Made by a program: the position numbers and the translations under genes. A DNA stretch of 63,845 nt, counting the filler. It is 6 parts of 6 records of this genome, joined end to end, with 100 filler letters (N's around TTAATTAATTAA, not from the genome) between each part and the next. Parts side by side here need not be neighbours in the genome. Positions count along the whole stretch, not along the records: positions 1 to 13,385 come from SRR20825010_3150; positions 13,486 to 25,687 come from SRR20825010_3168; 4 more parts are not named here. One strand, written 5' to 3'. Within the stretch, counting starts at the first letter, position 1, and each line of letters begins with the position of its first letter. Below are positions 9,222-19,128 of this stretch, piece after piece. The notes below the pieces were generated by a model. The model did no database searches and was not told the DNA's origin. It saw only the letters and a list, made by a program, of their open reading frames with translations.

Positions 9222-9731
9222 ATGCGGCGCGTCAAACTCGACCGTATCGACCGGCGCATCCTTCGCGATCTGCAGGATAACGGGCGCATGACCAACGTGG
9301 ATCTTGCGAACCGCGCCGGTATCTCGGCCCCGCCATGCCTGCGGCGCGTGCGTGCGCTCGAAGAGGCCGGCTTCATCCGTGGCTACCATGCGGACGTCAA
9401 TCCGGAGGCGCTCGGCTACAAGGTCACGATCTTCGCTTTCGTCGGCCTCAACAGCCAGGCCGAAGACGACCTCGTCGCCTTCGAGGAAATGGTCGAGGAC
9501 TGGCCGGAGGTGCGCGAGTGCCACATGCTGTCCGGGGAAACCGATTTCCTGCTGAAGGTCGTCGCCAAGGACTGGGACACATTCCAGAAATTCCTGACCA
9601 CCCGCCTCACCCCCGCGCCGAACGTCTCCCACGTGAAAACCGCCCTCTCCTTCCGCACCCGCAAACAACTGCCAGGCGTGCCGGTTGAAGTCGATGTCGA
9701 GGACGATGAGGACGACGACATCGAGGAGTGA
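9222..9731 (+). CDS. Lrp/AsnC family transcriptional regulator
   Basis: LDRIDRRILRDLQ...ISAPPCLRRVRALE helix-turn-helix; ECHMLSGETDFLLK. Confidence 0.95.
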   Translation: MRRVKLDRIDRRILRDLQDNGRMTNVDLANRAGISAPPCLRRVRALEEAGFIRGYHADVNPEALGYKVTIFAFVGLNSQAEDDLVAFEEMVEDWPEVRECHMLSGETDFLLKVVAKDWDTFQKFLTTRLTPAPNVSHVKTALSFRTRKQLPGVPVEVDVEDDEDDDIEE

Positions 9732-9740
9732 GCATCCGGA

Positions 9741-10184
9741 ATGCGCGTGCTGCTGCAAAGAGTAAGTGAAGCCGCCGTCAGGATTGACGGTGCTACTGTT
9801 GGTGAGATCGGCCCCGGTCTCCTGGCGCTGGTTTGCGCTGTCGAAGGCGACGGGCAGGCTGAAGCGGAGAAGCTTGCTGGCAAAACCGCGAAACTCAGGA
9901 TTTTCGAGGATGAGGCGGGGAAGATGAACCGGTCCGTCGCCGATATCGGCGGCAGTGTGCTGGTTGTTTCGCAATTCACCCTCGCCGCAGACACGCGCAA
10001 GGGCAACCGGCCGAGTTTCATCGGCGCCGCTGCGCCGGATCTGGCGAACGCGCTCGTCGACCATTTCGCCACCTGTCTGAAAACGGCGGGTCTGCCGGTT
10101 GAAACCGGGCGGTTCGGAGCAGACATGAAAGTGTCCCTGATCAATGATGGACCGGTCACGATCTGGCTGGACAGCGCCGCATGA
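9741..10184 (+). CDS. dtd: D-aminoacyl-tRNA deacylase
   Basis: SQFTL, KGNRPSF and NDGPVT motifs. Confidence 0.97.
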   Translation: MRVLLQRVSEAAVRIDGATVGEIGPGLLALVCAVEGDGQAEAEKLAGKTAKLRIFEDEAGKMNRSVADIGGSVLVVSQFTLAADTRKGNRPSFIGAAAPDLANALVDHFATCLKTAGLPVETGRFGADMKVSLINDGPVTIWLDSAA

Positions 10185-10855
10185 TGAATTTCCGGACCAT
10201 GGCCGGACTAGCCGTTGCGCTCTTTCTCGTGACCGCCTGCAGCAACCAGTCACCGCCAAGTGGCTCTTTCCCGCCAAACCCGAAACTTTCAGGCACCCGG
10301 CCGCTCACCCTGGTGGACACCGTGCCGACCGGACAACGCTGCACCATCACCGGCGGCAAGGCTTCGCCTCTCACCGTGACGACGCCACGACTCATCGCGC
10401 TTTATCAGTATGGGGACAAACCGGTTATCGACTGTTTCGGCGAAGGTTTTTTCCGGCAACGTAAAGCCGTGCAAGCCAACAAGACCGAAAAACTGGCCGA
10501 GCGCCTCACCCGTACGGGAGCTGTCGATCCAACTTTCGCGCCATATCCGAACTCGGGTGAAAACGCTGGTTCAGGCGATTATCCGGCATGGGTACGCATC
10601 CGGCTGCAACGCAACCGGTTTGATACGATCGCTGAACGTGACACATATTATGCTGCGGAAGCCCAATGGATCACCGCCGCCTGGAATGAAATCGAGACAC
10701 GGCTTAAACAGGAATGCCAGAGCAAACAGTCCAAGGCGCAGGGACTGATCCTGCTCGACCCGCAATGCAAGAAGGCATTTCGTATTGTCACGGACCGTCG
10801 GGCGGGGGATCGCGCCACGGTCGAAGTAAACCGGCGACAATCCACCATCCGATAA
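10181..10855 (+). CDS. Hypothetical lipoprotein
   Basis: Lipobox LVTAC after a hydrophobic segment; overlaps the dtd stop. Confidence 0.65.
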   Translation: MMNFRTMAGLAVALFLVTACSNQSPPSGSFPPNPKLSGTRPLTLVDTVPTGQRCTITGGKASPLTVTTPRLIALYQYGDKPVIDCFGEGFFRQRKAVQANKTEKLAERLTRTGAVDPTFAPYPNSGENAGSGDYPAWVRIRLQRNRFDTIAERDTYYAAEAQWITAAWNEIETRLKQECQSKQSKAQGLILLDPQCKKAFRIVTDRRAGDRATVEVNRRQSTIR

Positions 10856-10948
10856 GACCGGCACTTGCCATGATTACTGCAGCGCGGCACTCTCGGCCTT
10901 CGTCGGCCCTGCGAGAGAACGATCGCGGAACGTACAGGAGAAACGCGA

Positions 10949-12316
10949 ATGAAAATCGGCATCGCTAAAGAAAGGCGACCATACGAGGCGCGCGTCGCCG
11001 CATCGCCCGATACGATCAAGAAATACGTTGCCATGGGCTTCGAGGTCGCCATCGAAAGTGGCGCGGGTCTGAGCGCGGCCTTCACGGACGCAGCTCTCGA
11101 GGCCGCGGGCGCGAAGATCGTCAAGACCGCGAAGGATGCGCTCGGCAGCGCGGATATCGTGCTCAAGGTCCGCAAGCCCATCGGCTCCGGTGCCGAGGTT
11201 GCAAACGAAGCGGACGAGATCGCCCTGATGAAGAGCGGCGCGACGCTGATCTCGCTGATGGAGCCTTACAAGGATCGGGCGCTAATCGATGCGCTCGCGG
11301 CCAAGAAGATCACCACCTTCGCGCTGGAAATGGTCCCCCGGATCACCCGGGCGCAGAGCATGGACGTGCTCTCCAGCCAGGCGAACCTCGCCGGTTACAA
11401 ATCCGTGCTGGATGCCTGTAACGAGTTTGGCCGCGCCTTCCCGATGATGATGACCGCCGCCGGCACCGTGCCCCCGGCCCGTGTTCTCGTCATGGGCGCC
11501 GGTGTTGCCGGTCTGCAGGCCATTGCCACCGCCAAGCGCCTTGGCGCCGTTGTCTCGGCCACTGACGTGCGTCCGGCTTCCAAGGAGCAGGTCGAAAGCC
11601 TCGGCGGCACCTTTGTCGCGGTCGAGGACGAGGAATTCAAGGAAGCGGAAACCGCCGGCGGTTACGCCAAGGAAATGAGCGACGCCTACAAGAAGAAGCA
11701 GGCGGAGCTGATCGCGGAAACGCTGAAGAAGCAGGATATCGTCATCTGCACGGCGCTGATCCCCGGGCGCCCGGCGCCGGTGCTTATCACCGAGGAGATG
11801 GTGAAAACGATGAAGCCGGGCTCGGTGATCGTCGATCTCGCCGTCGAGCAGGGCGGCAACTGCCCGCTCTCCGAATATGGCAAAGTGGTACGCAAGCACG
11901 GCGTCGCCATTGTCGGCCATGCTAACGTGCCGAGCCGGATCGCCGTCGATGCCAGCGCGCTCTATGCCAAGAACGTGCTGAACTTCCTGACGCCGCTTTA
12001 CGACGCCGAAGCCAAGAGCCTGAAGATCAATCTCGAGGACGAGATCGTGAAGGGCTCGCTGATCACCCAGGACGGCAAGGTCGTGCACCCGGCCGTTCAG
12101 GCGGTCGCAGCGGAAAAAACCACGGCGAAACCGGCGGCAAAGCCTGCCGCGAAAGCCGCCGCCAAGCCGCGCAAGGCCGCGGCACCGAAAACAGCCGCCA
12201 AACCAACAGCGAAAACCGCCAAGGCGCCCGCGAAGCCGAAAGCCTCGACAGAGACTTCAGCGGCAGCATCGGCGACAGCACCAGCGGCCGGTTCCGATAA
12301 AGAGGGGGATGCCTGA
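10949..12316 (+). CDS. pntA: NAD(P) transhydrogenase alpha subunit part 1, with Lys/Ala-rich C-terminal tail
   Basis: [29 protein letters not shown] and GGYAKEMS motifs. Confidence 0.96.
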   Translation: MKIGIAKERRPYEARVAASPDTIKKYVAMGFEVAIESGAGLSAAFTDAALEAAGAKIVKTAKDALGSADIVLKVRKPIGSGAEVANEADEIALMKSGATLISLMEPYKDRALIDALAAKKITTFALEMVPRITRAQSMDVLSSQANLAGYKSVLDACNEFGRAFPMMMTAAGTVPPARVLVMGAGVAGLQAIATAKRLGAVVSATDVRPASKEQVESLGGTFVAVEDEEFKEAETAGGYAKEMSDAYKKKQAELIAETLKKQDIVICTALIPGRPAPVLITEEMVKTMKPGSVIVDLAVEQGGNCPLSEYGKVVRKHGVAIVGHANVPSRIAVDASALYAKNVLNFLTPLYDAEAKSLKINLEDEIVKGSLITQDGKVVHPAVQAVAAEKTTAKPAAKPAAKAAAKPRKAAAPKTAAKPTAKTAKAPAKPKASTETSAAASATAPAAGSDKEGDA

Positions 12317-12318
12317 TC

Positions 12319-12735
12319 ATGGATGCCACCCAGATTGAACAGAAGGCGAAAGCCCTCGCCGAACAGGCCGCGAGCCTGGCCGGAGAGATGGCACAGTTCG
12401 CGACGGATGCGGGCGGGGTCGCCAACCAGGTAGCAGAGGCCACCCATTCCGGCCCCTACAGCTTCATCTCGCTTTTCACGGTCTTCATCCTGGCCTGCTT
12501 CGTCGGCTACTACGTCGTCTGGCGGGTCACACCGGCGCTGCATTCGCCGCTGATGGGCGTGACCAACGCAATCTCTTCCGTGATCATTGTCGGCGCCCTG
12601 ATCGCCGCCGGTCCGGCGGAAACGAACTTTTCCCAGATCATGGGCTTCTGTGCCGTGGTGCTGGCGTCGGTGAATATCTTCGGCGGCTTCATCGTCACGC
12701 AGCGCATGCTGTCCATGTTCAAGAAAAAGCGCTGA
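12319..12735 (+). CDS. pntA: NAD(P) transhydrogenase alpha subunit part 2
   Basis: [18 protein letters not shown] and NIFGGF motifs. Confidence 0.95.
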   Translation: MDATQIEQKAKALAEQAASLAGEMAQFATDAGGVANQVAEATHSGPYSFISLFTVFILACFVGYYVVWRVTPALHSPLMGVTNAISSVIIVGALIAAGPAETNFSQIMGFCAVVLASVNIFGGFIVTQRMLSMFKKKR

Positions 12736-12751
12736 GGCGGGGGATATAAAC

Positions 12752-13385
12752 ATGACCGAGAATCTCTCAGCCGTCCTTTATCTGATCTCCAGCGTCTGCT
12801 TCATCATGGCGCTGAAGGGCCTCAGCTCGCCGGACAGCGCCCGACAGGGCAACATGTTCGGCATCGCCGGCATGGTGATTGCCATCCTCACCACCATCGC
12901 CATGCCTGAAGTGATGAGCTACGGCACCATCCTCGCCGGTATCGTCATCGGTGGCTCCATCGGTGCCTTCATCGCCCGCAAGATCGAGATGACGGCGCTG
13001 CCACAGCTCGTCGCGGCCTTTCACAGCCTGGTCGGCCTCGCCGCATGTTTCGTGGCCGCGGCCGCTTTCTTCAGGCCCGAGGCTTACGGTATCGGTACAC
13101 CCGGCAACATCGCCGTCGGCTCCCTGGTGGAAATGGCCGTCGGCCTCGCCATCGGCGCGGTGACCTTCACCGGCTCCATCATCGCCTTCGGCAAGCTGCA
13201 GGGCATCCTGTCCGGCGCGCCTGTCACCTTCTCCGGCCAGCACCCGCTTAACGCCGCGCTCGGCCTGTTGATGGTCGTGCTGGTTGTCTGGCTCTGTATC
13301 GACCAGAGCCCGGCCGCCTTCTGGGCCATTTTCGTGCTCGCCCTGGTGCTGGGCATCCTGATCATCATCCCGATCGGCGGCGCCG
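12752..13385 (+). CDS. pntB: NAD(P) transhydrogenase beta subunit (3' truncated)
   Basis: LPQLVAAFHSLVGLAA, TFTGS..AFGKL, PIGGA; cut by the linker. Confidence 0.95.
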
Positions 13386-13485
13386 NNNNNNNNNNNNNNN
13401 NNNNNNNNNNNNNNNNNNNNNNNNNNNNNTTAATTAATTAANNNNNNNNNNNNNNNNNNNNNNNNNNNNNNNNNNNNNNNNNNNN
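13386..13485. other. Artificial contig linker
   Basis: N44-TTAATTAATTAA-N44 (stops in all six frames). Confidence 0.99.
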
Positions 13486-13486
13486 C

Positions 13487-13789
13487 ATCATCATTTCCGG
13501 CGGCGAGAACATCTCGTCGCTAGAGGTCGAGGATATTCTCTACAAGCATCCCGACATTATCGAAGCCGCCGTCGTCGCCCGCTCCGACGAGAAATGGGGC
13601 GAAACGCCTTGCGCCTTTATCACACTCAGAAATGGCGCAAGTCTCACCGAGGCCGAGTTAATCGCCTATTGCCGCGAAAACCTCGCGCACTTCAAGTGCC
13701 CCAAAACAGTGGTCTTCACAGATTTGCCCAAGACATCGACAGGCAAGGTGCAGAAATTCAAGCTGCGCGAGATGGCAGAAAACATCTGA
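13487..13789 (+). CDS. Acyl-CoA synthetase / AMP-binding enzyme C-terminus (5' truncated)
   Basis: Manual translation IIISGGENISSLEVEDILYKHP...DEKWGETPCAF...LPKTSTGKVQKF...ENI*. Confidence 0.92.
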   Translation: MIISGGENISSLEVEDILYKHPDIIEAAVVARSDEKWGETPCAFITLRNGASLTEAELIAYCRENLAHFKCPKTVVFTDLPKTSTGKVQKFKLREMAENI

Positions 13790-13804
13790 TCCGAACACAA
13801 AAAT

Positions 13805-13841
13805 GCGGCCTGCCTTTTCTCAAGGCAGGCCGCTTCTTTTT
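13805..13841. terminator. Intrinsic terminator, probably bidirectional
   Basis: GCGGCCTGCCTT-ttctc-AAGGCAGGCCGC with a T-run after and an A-run before. Confidence 0.8.
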
Positions 13842-13865
13842 GACCAAATACTCAAAAGCCCGATA

Positions 13866-16052
13866 TCACAGGCTGAAGGTCACACCCATATTGAGTGATC
13901 GGCCAAGCCCCGGCACGGGACGCAACACACCGGTTGCAACCTCGTCACCGATCGACAGGCCACCCAGCGGCTCGTCATAGGCCCGGTCGAAAATATTATC
14001 GACACCGAAATCAAGACGAACATTCTTCCACGTATAGGATCCGCCGAGATTGACCAGCAGATAGGCCGGTGTCTCCGGTTCGGCACGCGCCTGATCCACG
14101 TCGCGCTTGCGGGCAACACCGCGCAATTCCACATGCGCCGTCCAGTCGTCAATCGCTTCTTCAAACGTCAGCGAACCGTTCAACGGCATGATGTGATAGA
14201 GATCGCCGCCTGTCGTGAGGTTGCGACCACGCGTGTAGGAAAGCTTACCCTTCACACTAAACTCGCCCGCAGAAACGCTCTGCCAGACACGCCAGCGCGC
14301 GGAAAGGTCAAGCCCGTAAAGCTCCGCGTCGTGATTGACGAAAAAGAACTTTGAAAAGCTGTAGCCCTTCTTGTCGACAAAAGTGCCATAGGACTGAACG
14401 TCAATATAGTCCTGAACATAAGTATAGTAAGGCGTTGCCTTAAAGCTCCAGACATCCTCTGGTCGGCCCAGACTTGCCGTGACACTGACAGTATTGGCCA
14501 CTTCGCTGTCCAGATCGAGATTGCCGGTATAGCCATTCCCGTCGCCAAACCAGCCGATCATGCTTGAGGCCATATTGCCCTGCCCCCAAGTGTAAAGCTC
14601 ATAAACATTCGGCGCGCGCGACTTCCGCGCGATGCCGAATTCCAGTGCGGCTTTTTCATTCGGCTGATAACGCGCGGTAGCAGTCGCATCAAAATTAACA
14701 AAGACACGACCATGATCACGCGCATTGAAAGCAGCAGCAGCTGCGGTGTCGGGCGCACACATCATGCCGCAACCGTATGACGCGACATCGCCTGTGTTCA
14801 TCCACACCGTATCATTACGCACGCCGATCTCGCTTGACCATTCACTCGACCACTGGCGCTCCCACTCCGCATAGGTTCCCAGCCGGTCACGACGACCGCC
14901 ATTGATATTCATAAAATCATTGGGGCTCATCATCATGCTGCCGGGCACTGCAGGCCACCAGTCGTCAATGCGTTCGCCGTGGAACTCGCTGCCGATACGC
15001 ACAATATTTTCGGCATCCACGTCAATCTCGGCTGCGAGCTTGTAGCCGAAATCATTGCCGCGCACGGCCATCGGCATGCCGCCGGTCGCCACACCGCCCT
15101 TGTCGTCGAGAAAGTTCATCATATGCTCGACATGCTGCCAATAGAGCCGGGCATCCAGATTGCCCCAGTCATAATCTCCCGCAAAACGACCATTAATATG
15201 GACCGCACGATTATCGGTCATATCCATGCGCTGATTGGGAAAGCCCTCATAAGGCGAAAATTGCTGGCCCGCCCGAAGCTCATAGAAATGCGATTGATCC
15301 CGCACGGCAAAGGTCAGTTCGTGATTGTAGGATTTGAATTCGCTGGAGCGAACCACACCATCATCACCACCACCGGAATAATTCGACGCTTTGGCAAAGG
15401 CCCCCGCATAGCCGAGGCTGACTTTATCTGTCGCCATGGTCCCGGCAATCGAAGAGCTGATCCCGTCACCATTGCTGCGATAGAAAGTCGAGACTTTGCC
15501 CGCAACGAGTTCGGCTGTGGAGCTGTCGCCGAAGACCGGTTCCGGCGCATCGACCTCCACAGTGCCACCGATGCTGTCACCACCGCTGCTCACCGGCGTG
15601 ATACCGGCCATGACACTGATCGCACCGACATTGGTCGGATCAATATAGGAAAGCGGTGAATTCATATGGTTGGCGCAAAAGGCGCTGACCTTCATCCCGT
15701 TAAGTGAAACATTCACACGGTCGCCCACCATGCCATTCAGTGCAGGCAGGCTCGATATACCACCGGTTTTGTAAAGCGACACGCCGGGCGCGTCGGCAAG
15801 AAGCGCGGCGCTGTCAGCGCCTTTTGCGAGAGAACGCAGCAAATCAACTGACGTGGAATGCGAGCTGTTAAGTGGCGGCTCGGACAGTCGGGGCACTTCA
15901 ATCACAAGTTCAGGCAATGTCACGGCCGCATCGGCCGCAAGAGCCGAAACCGGCGCATATGAAAAGAGAGCAGCAGCGCAAACGCCAAGCCGCAAGGACG
16001 GCATAAGGCCGGAGACGCACAACATCGTGCGTCCGTCTTTATAAATGGACAT
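13866..16052 (-). CDS. TonB-dependent receptor, OprC-like copper receptor candidate
   Basis: Plug CANHM (CxxxM), barrel HMM, Met-rich loops, LDFGVDNIFDRAY; ATG 16052 follows GGAAGGG. Confidence 0.85.
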   Translation of the reverse strand: MSIYKDGRTMLCVSGLMPSLRLGVCAAALFSYAPVSALAADAAVTLPELVIEVPRLSEPPLNSSHSTSVDLLRSLAKGADSAALLADAPGVSLYKTGGISSLPALNGMVGDRVNVSLNGMKVSAFCANHMNSPLSYIDPTNVGAISVMAGITPVSSGGDSIGGTVEVDAPEPVFGDSSTAELVAGKVSTFYRSNGDGISSSIAGTMATDKVSLGYAGAFAKASNYSGGGDDGVVRSSEFKSYNHELTFAVRDQSHFYELRAGQQFSPYEGFPNQRMDMTDNRAVHINGRFAGDYDWGNLDARLYWQHVEHMMNFLDDKGGVATGGMPMAVRGNDFGYKLAAEIDVDAENIVRIGSEFHGERIDDWWPAVPGSMMMSPNDFMNINGGRRDRLGTYAEWERQWSSEWSSEIGVRNDTVWMNTGDVASYGCGMMCAPDTAAAAAFNARDHGRVFVNFDATATARYQPNEKAALEFGIARKSRAPNVYELYTWGQGNMASSMIGWFGDGNGYTGNLDLDSEVANTVSVTASLGRPEDVWSFKATPYYTYVQDYIDVQSYGTFVDKKGYSFSKFFFVNHDAELYGLDLSARWRVWQSVSAGEFSVKGKLSYTRGRNLTTGGDLYHIMPLNGSLTFEEAIDDWTAHVELRGVARKRDVDQARAEPETPAYLLVNLGGSYTWKNVRLDFGVDNIFDRAYDEPLGGLSIGDEVATGVLRPVPGLGRSLNMGVTFSL

Positions 16053-16133
16053 GAGAAAACCCTTCCCGATTTGATAAGAACCAACGCGGACACGCTGCGC
16101 AGGACAGAACCTGCATGCGCTCCGCAAAATGCG

Positions 16134-16550
16134 TCAGATCAAATGGAAGGGAGGCGCGCGCGAACGCCGACGATCAAAAAAGTCGCGCAGACGAGGCGTA
16201 TCAATCTCAGCCGCGAATTCAGCCGGATGATAAACAACCGCCTGCGGATGCGGCACATCCGACATGCCGCCAACTTGGCCCATATGTGCCGCTGCGGCAA
16301 AGGGACATGGTGCGTAATGCTGTTCGTGCTGGTTGTCGCCGCTTTGATCTTGCGTGCCCTGGTCATCGCCATCGACCAGACCGGAAAGATTGACAATGCC
16401 CTGCGAGGTACAGATGACAAAGGGAACCCAATTGGCATCCTTCTGGTCGCTATGAGGCGAAGGCATCCAGCCATCAGGCAGCAGCGCACGCACCAGCATC
16501 GCCAAAAAGGCGACCGCCACCACTCCCCTATATGCCCCATGCATTCTCAT
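16134..16550 (-). CDS. DUF2946-family (CruR/CutF-like) regulatory leader protein ending in RAPP
   Basis: N-terminal hydrophobic segment, VICT, His-rich HEQHYAPCPF, C-terminal SRAPPFHLI; directly upstream of the TonB receptor. Confidence 0.85.
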   Translation of the reverse strand: MRMHGAYRGVVAVAFLAMLVRALLPDGWMPSPHSDQKDANWVPFVICTSQGIVNLSGLVDGDDQGTQDQSGDNQHEQHYAPCPFAAAAHMGQVGGMSDVPHPQAVVYHPAEFAAEIDTPRLRDFFDRRRSRAPPFHLI

Positions 16551-16644
16551 GCTTCACAAATATCGGACTGGCCGCGAAAAACAATCCGGACAATGCAGGC
16601 AAAAGGCCGCAGGCATCAGATTGCGCACGGACGGGCTTTAAACT

Positions 16645-16926
16645 CTAAATCAGAATATTGACCGCCAAGCCTTTGGTGCGATCACCGGCAAACCCGTTCT
16701 GGCTGGCAACATTCTCGCCCTTGGCCTGCTCGGATTTCTCCACCGCTTTGACCTTACGCGGATCATTGGATGGCAATGTGGGATCAAGGTCGGCATCAGC
16801 CCCGTTGGGACCGGCTTTAGGATGCGCGGGGTCGATATTCTTTTTCGCCTGATCCACTTCCGTACAGTTGTGGCAGACGTAGCCGTTTACGTTGACTGGT
16901 GTTGAATAATCGCCGCTGATTGCCAT
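16645..16926 (-). CDS. Small hypothetical protein with a CxxC motif
   Basis: VNGYVCHNCTEVDQAKKNIDPAHP; start uncertain (16926, 16941 or 16962). Confidence 0.65.
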   Translation of the reverse strand: MAISGDYSTPVNVNGYVCHNCTEVDQAKKNIDPAHPKAGPNGADADLDPTLPSNDPRKVKAVEKSEQAKGENVASQNGFAGDRTKGLAVNILI

Positions 16927-17230
16927 TCCTGAGCCCGGCATGATTTCCGCGTAACGGATCACTCCTGCGATCCGGTCTCAAACCTACATCATCTGGCTTA
17001 ACAATCTTTCTTGGGCCGCCCAATCACACAGTTAAGGTAAATGAAGCCTAAACTGCAAAATAAATAGATTTCCCGCATTTTCGGACCATGGGCTCGGCAG
17101 GAAGAAGAAAAAAACATCGATCTCTACATGGATACGCTCGTTCTCATGCAGGAAACGTTCGCAATTTCCGAGCCTTTCACGAGCCCGGACCACGCTTATC
17201 CCCGCCCTTCAACGCAGCTGATTCCCAAAC

Positions 17231-17255
17231 AAAACGCCGGGCTCATGGCCCGGCG
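17231..17255 (-). terminator. Terminator of the DUF465 gene
   Basis: CGCCGGGC-tcatg-GCCCGGCG preceded on the + strand by an A-run. Confidence 0.65.
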
Positions 17256-17289
17256 CAAGCAAATGTCTGGTTAAGATATTCTGGGGGGA

Positions 17290-17469
17290 TCAAGCGGCCG
17301 ATCTTTGACCGGTCAACTTTTCGATATCTTCCTTCAGCTTGAGTTTCATCTTTTTCAACTCGGCAATATGAAGATCATCGCTTGCGGGGTGGAGAAGTTC
17401 GTTTTCGATAGCCTCTTCGAGAGATTTATGCCGATTATTCAATTCGGCAATACGAGACTCCAGCGCCAT
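17290..17469 (-). CDS. YdcH/DUF465 family protein, 59 aa (absent from the ORF track)
   Basis: MALESRIAELNNRHKSLEEAIENELLHPASDDLHIAELKKMKLKLKEDIEKLTGQRSAA*. Confidence 0.9.
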   Translation of the reverse strand: MALESRIAELNNRHKSLEEAIENELLHPASDDLHIAELKKMKLKLKEDIEKLTGQRSAA

Positions 17470-17580
17470 AATCTACCTACCTTTGCTTTTGATGGGTGGG
17501 TAACCTAAAAATCATGACTCTTTTTTGACGCCCTGTCGAATACAGATCGCAAAAATCGACAGAGAAAGTAGATTAGCACC

Positions 17581-18204
17581 GTGCCTCAAAAAAAACGTCT
17601 TATTGTTGGAATATCTGGCGCTTCAGGTGTCATCTATGGTGTGCGACTTCTGGAAATTCTCAAGGCGGAAAAAGTAGAGACGCACTTGATTATGACGAAG
17701 GCCGCCGAACTCACACTGGCGCATGAAACCAACATGCACCCGCGTGATGTCGAAGCTCTCGCGCATACACGCTACCAGTTGAGTGACATAGGCGGAGCCA
17801 TCGCAAGCGGTTCCTTCAAGACACTAGGAATGGTAGTCGCACCCTGCTCGATTCGCTCCATGTCGGAAATTGCAACCGGCGTAACATCCAATCTTCTGAC
17901 GCGCGCTGCAGACGTTGTGCTGAAAGAGCGTCGCCGCCTCGTGCTTATGGTACGCGAAACACCGCTGCATACCGGCCACTTGCGAACCATGACGAACCTG
18001 TCGGAAATGGGGGCCATTATCGCGCCGCCCGTACCTGCATTCTATGCAGCGCCGGAAACCATTGACGATCTGGTTACCCAAAGCGTTTCGCGCATCCTCG
18101 ACCTCTTCGACATAGACAGTAGCCAGACAAAACGTTGGGGCGAAGACATCAAAGGTGGAACACGCAAATCCGTAGCCGCCCGCGCGAAATCAACAAAGCA
18201 CTAA
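17581..18204 (+). CDS. ubiX: Flavin prenyltransferase
   Basis: GISGASG, IASGSF, APCS, RAADVVLKERR and RETP motifs. Confidence 0.95.
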   Translation: MPQKKRLIVGISGASGVIYGVRLLEILKAEKVETHLIMTKAAELTLAHETNMHPRDVEALAHTRYQLSDIGGAIASGSFKTLGMVVAPCSIRSMSEIATGVTSNLLTRAADVVLKERRRLVLMVRETPLHTGHLRTMTNLSEMGAIIAPPVPAFYAAPETIDDLVTQSVSRILDLFDIDSSQTKRWGEDIKGGTRKSVAARAKSTKH

Positions 18205-18731
18205 GCGACAAAAGCTGCATTCAGTAACTGAGCAACCGAGTGTCGCGACGCATCGCCATCTAAGCCTTCTGCATCGAGCCACGCCGCAAAATTCTGCGCA
18301 GCCAGTCCCTTTGCGCCACCTTCAATATCCGCGTTCGATACGCGGCAGGCATCCAGCGTGACCAGCAAATCGGCCAGCGCCATCTGCATGGCCTTCTCAG
18401 CAGCAAGCTCCAGCGCCTTCACCTCATTGCGTAAACCCGCAATCGTTTCGTCAGCTTGTGCATTGGCCTTCATGCTCCGCCGCGCATCCCGCAACGGCGC
18501 GACAACCTGTCTGCCCCATGCGAGCCCCAAGGCGCGCATGGCCTGCACCGCCGCATGATCCAGATGATAACCTTGGCGCCCGGCAAACAGACAGAACAGC
18601 GCCAGATTGACCTCCAGCCCGTCGCGATCCTGCAAGGCCAGCATTTCCGCCTCCACGCCTTCTTGCGCGTAAAGCCCGACTGAGAAAGTCCAGAACGCCT
18701 CGCCCGTATCTATCGCCACTTTGCCGCTCAC
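18201..18731 (-). CDS. TIGR02444/DUF2390 family protein
   Basis: FWTFS..LY...GV...LQD..G..VNL.L, VVAPLR..RR and ELAAEK motifs. Confidence 0.85.
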   Translation of the reverse strand: MSGKVAIDTGEAFWTFSVGLYAQEGVEAEMLALQDRDGLEVNLALFCLFAGRQGYHLDHAAVQAMRALGLAWGRQVVAPLRDARRSMKANAQADETIAGLRNEVKALELAAEKAMQMALADLLVTLDACRVSNADIEGGAKGLAAQNFAAWLDAEGLDGDASRHSVAQLLNAAFVA

Positions 18732-18910
18732 GCTGCCACTCCATATTTGGCACAGTCGATCATCCCATCAGCGTGTCGGCATTTTGATGGCAGTGCAAAT
18801 TTATCTTCACCACACTTGCTCATTCCGTCTGCCTTCGCCACGATAGGCGACAATTTCCGGAACAGCGGTCATTTCTATCGAGCGTATAATTAAACAAAAA
18901 TTGGGCGACC

Positions 18911-19117
18911 ATGACTGAACTGGAAGAACAGGAACTGCGGGAGGCCTTGGCCCAACTCAAGGAAGAGCATCGCGATCTCGACGCTGCCATTTCCGCCTTG
19001 GAATCAACGCCCCTGCCCGATCACCTCCAGATCAAACGCCTGAAAAAGCGCAAGCTCTATCTGCGCGACCGCATCCGCGAGATCGACGACCAGATTTTTC
19101 CCGACATCATTGCTTGA
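18911..19117 (+). CDS. YdcH/DUF465 family protein
   Basis: EHRDLDAAI...RLKKRKL.LRD...PDIIA. Confidence 0.92.
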   Translation: MTELEEQELREALAQLKEEHRDLDAAISALESTPLPDHLQIKRLKKRKLYLRDRIREIDDQIFPDIIA

Positions 19118-19128
19118 TAGACAGAAAT

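Noticed and set aside
13430-13441. TTAATTAATTAA as a recurring biological motif, or related to the contig 6 palindromes
   Set aside because: It is the synthetic six-frame-stop linker embedded in N-runs.
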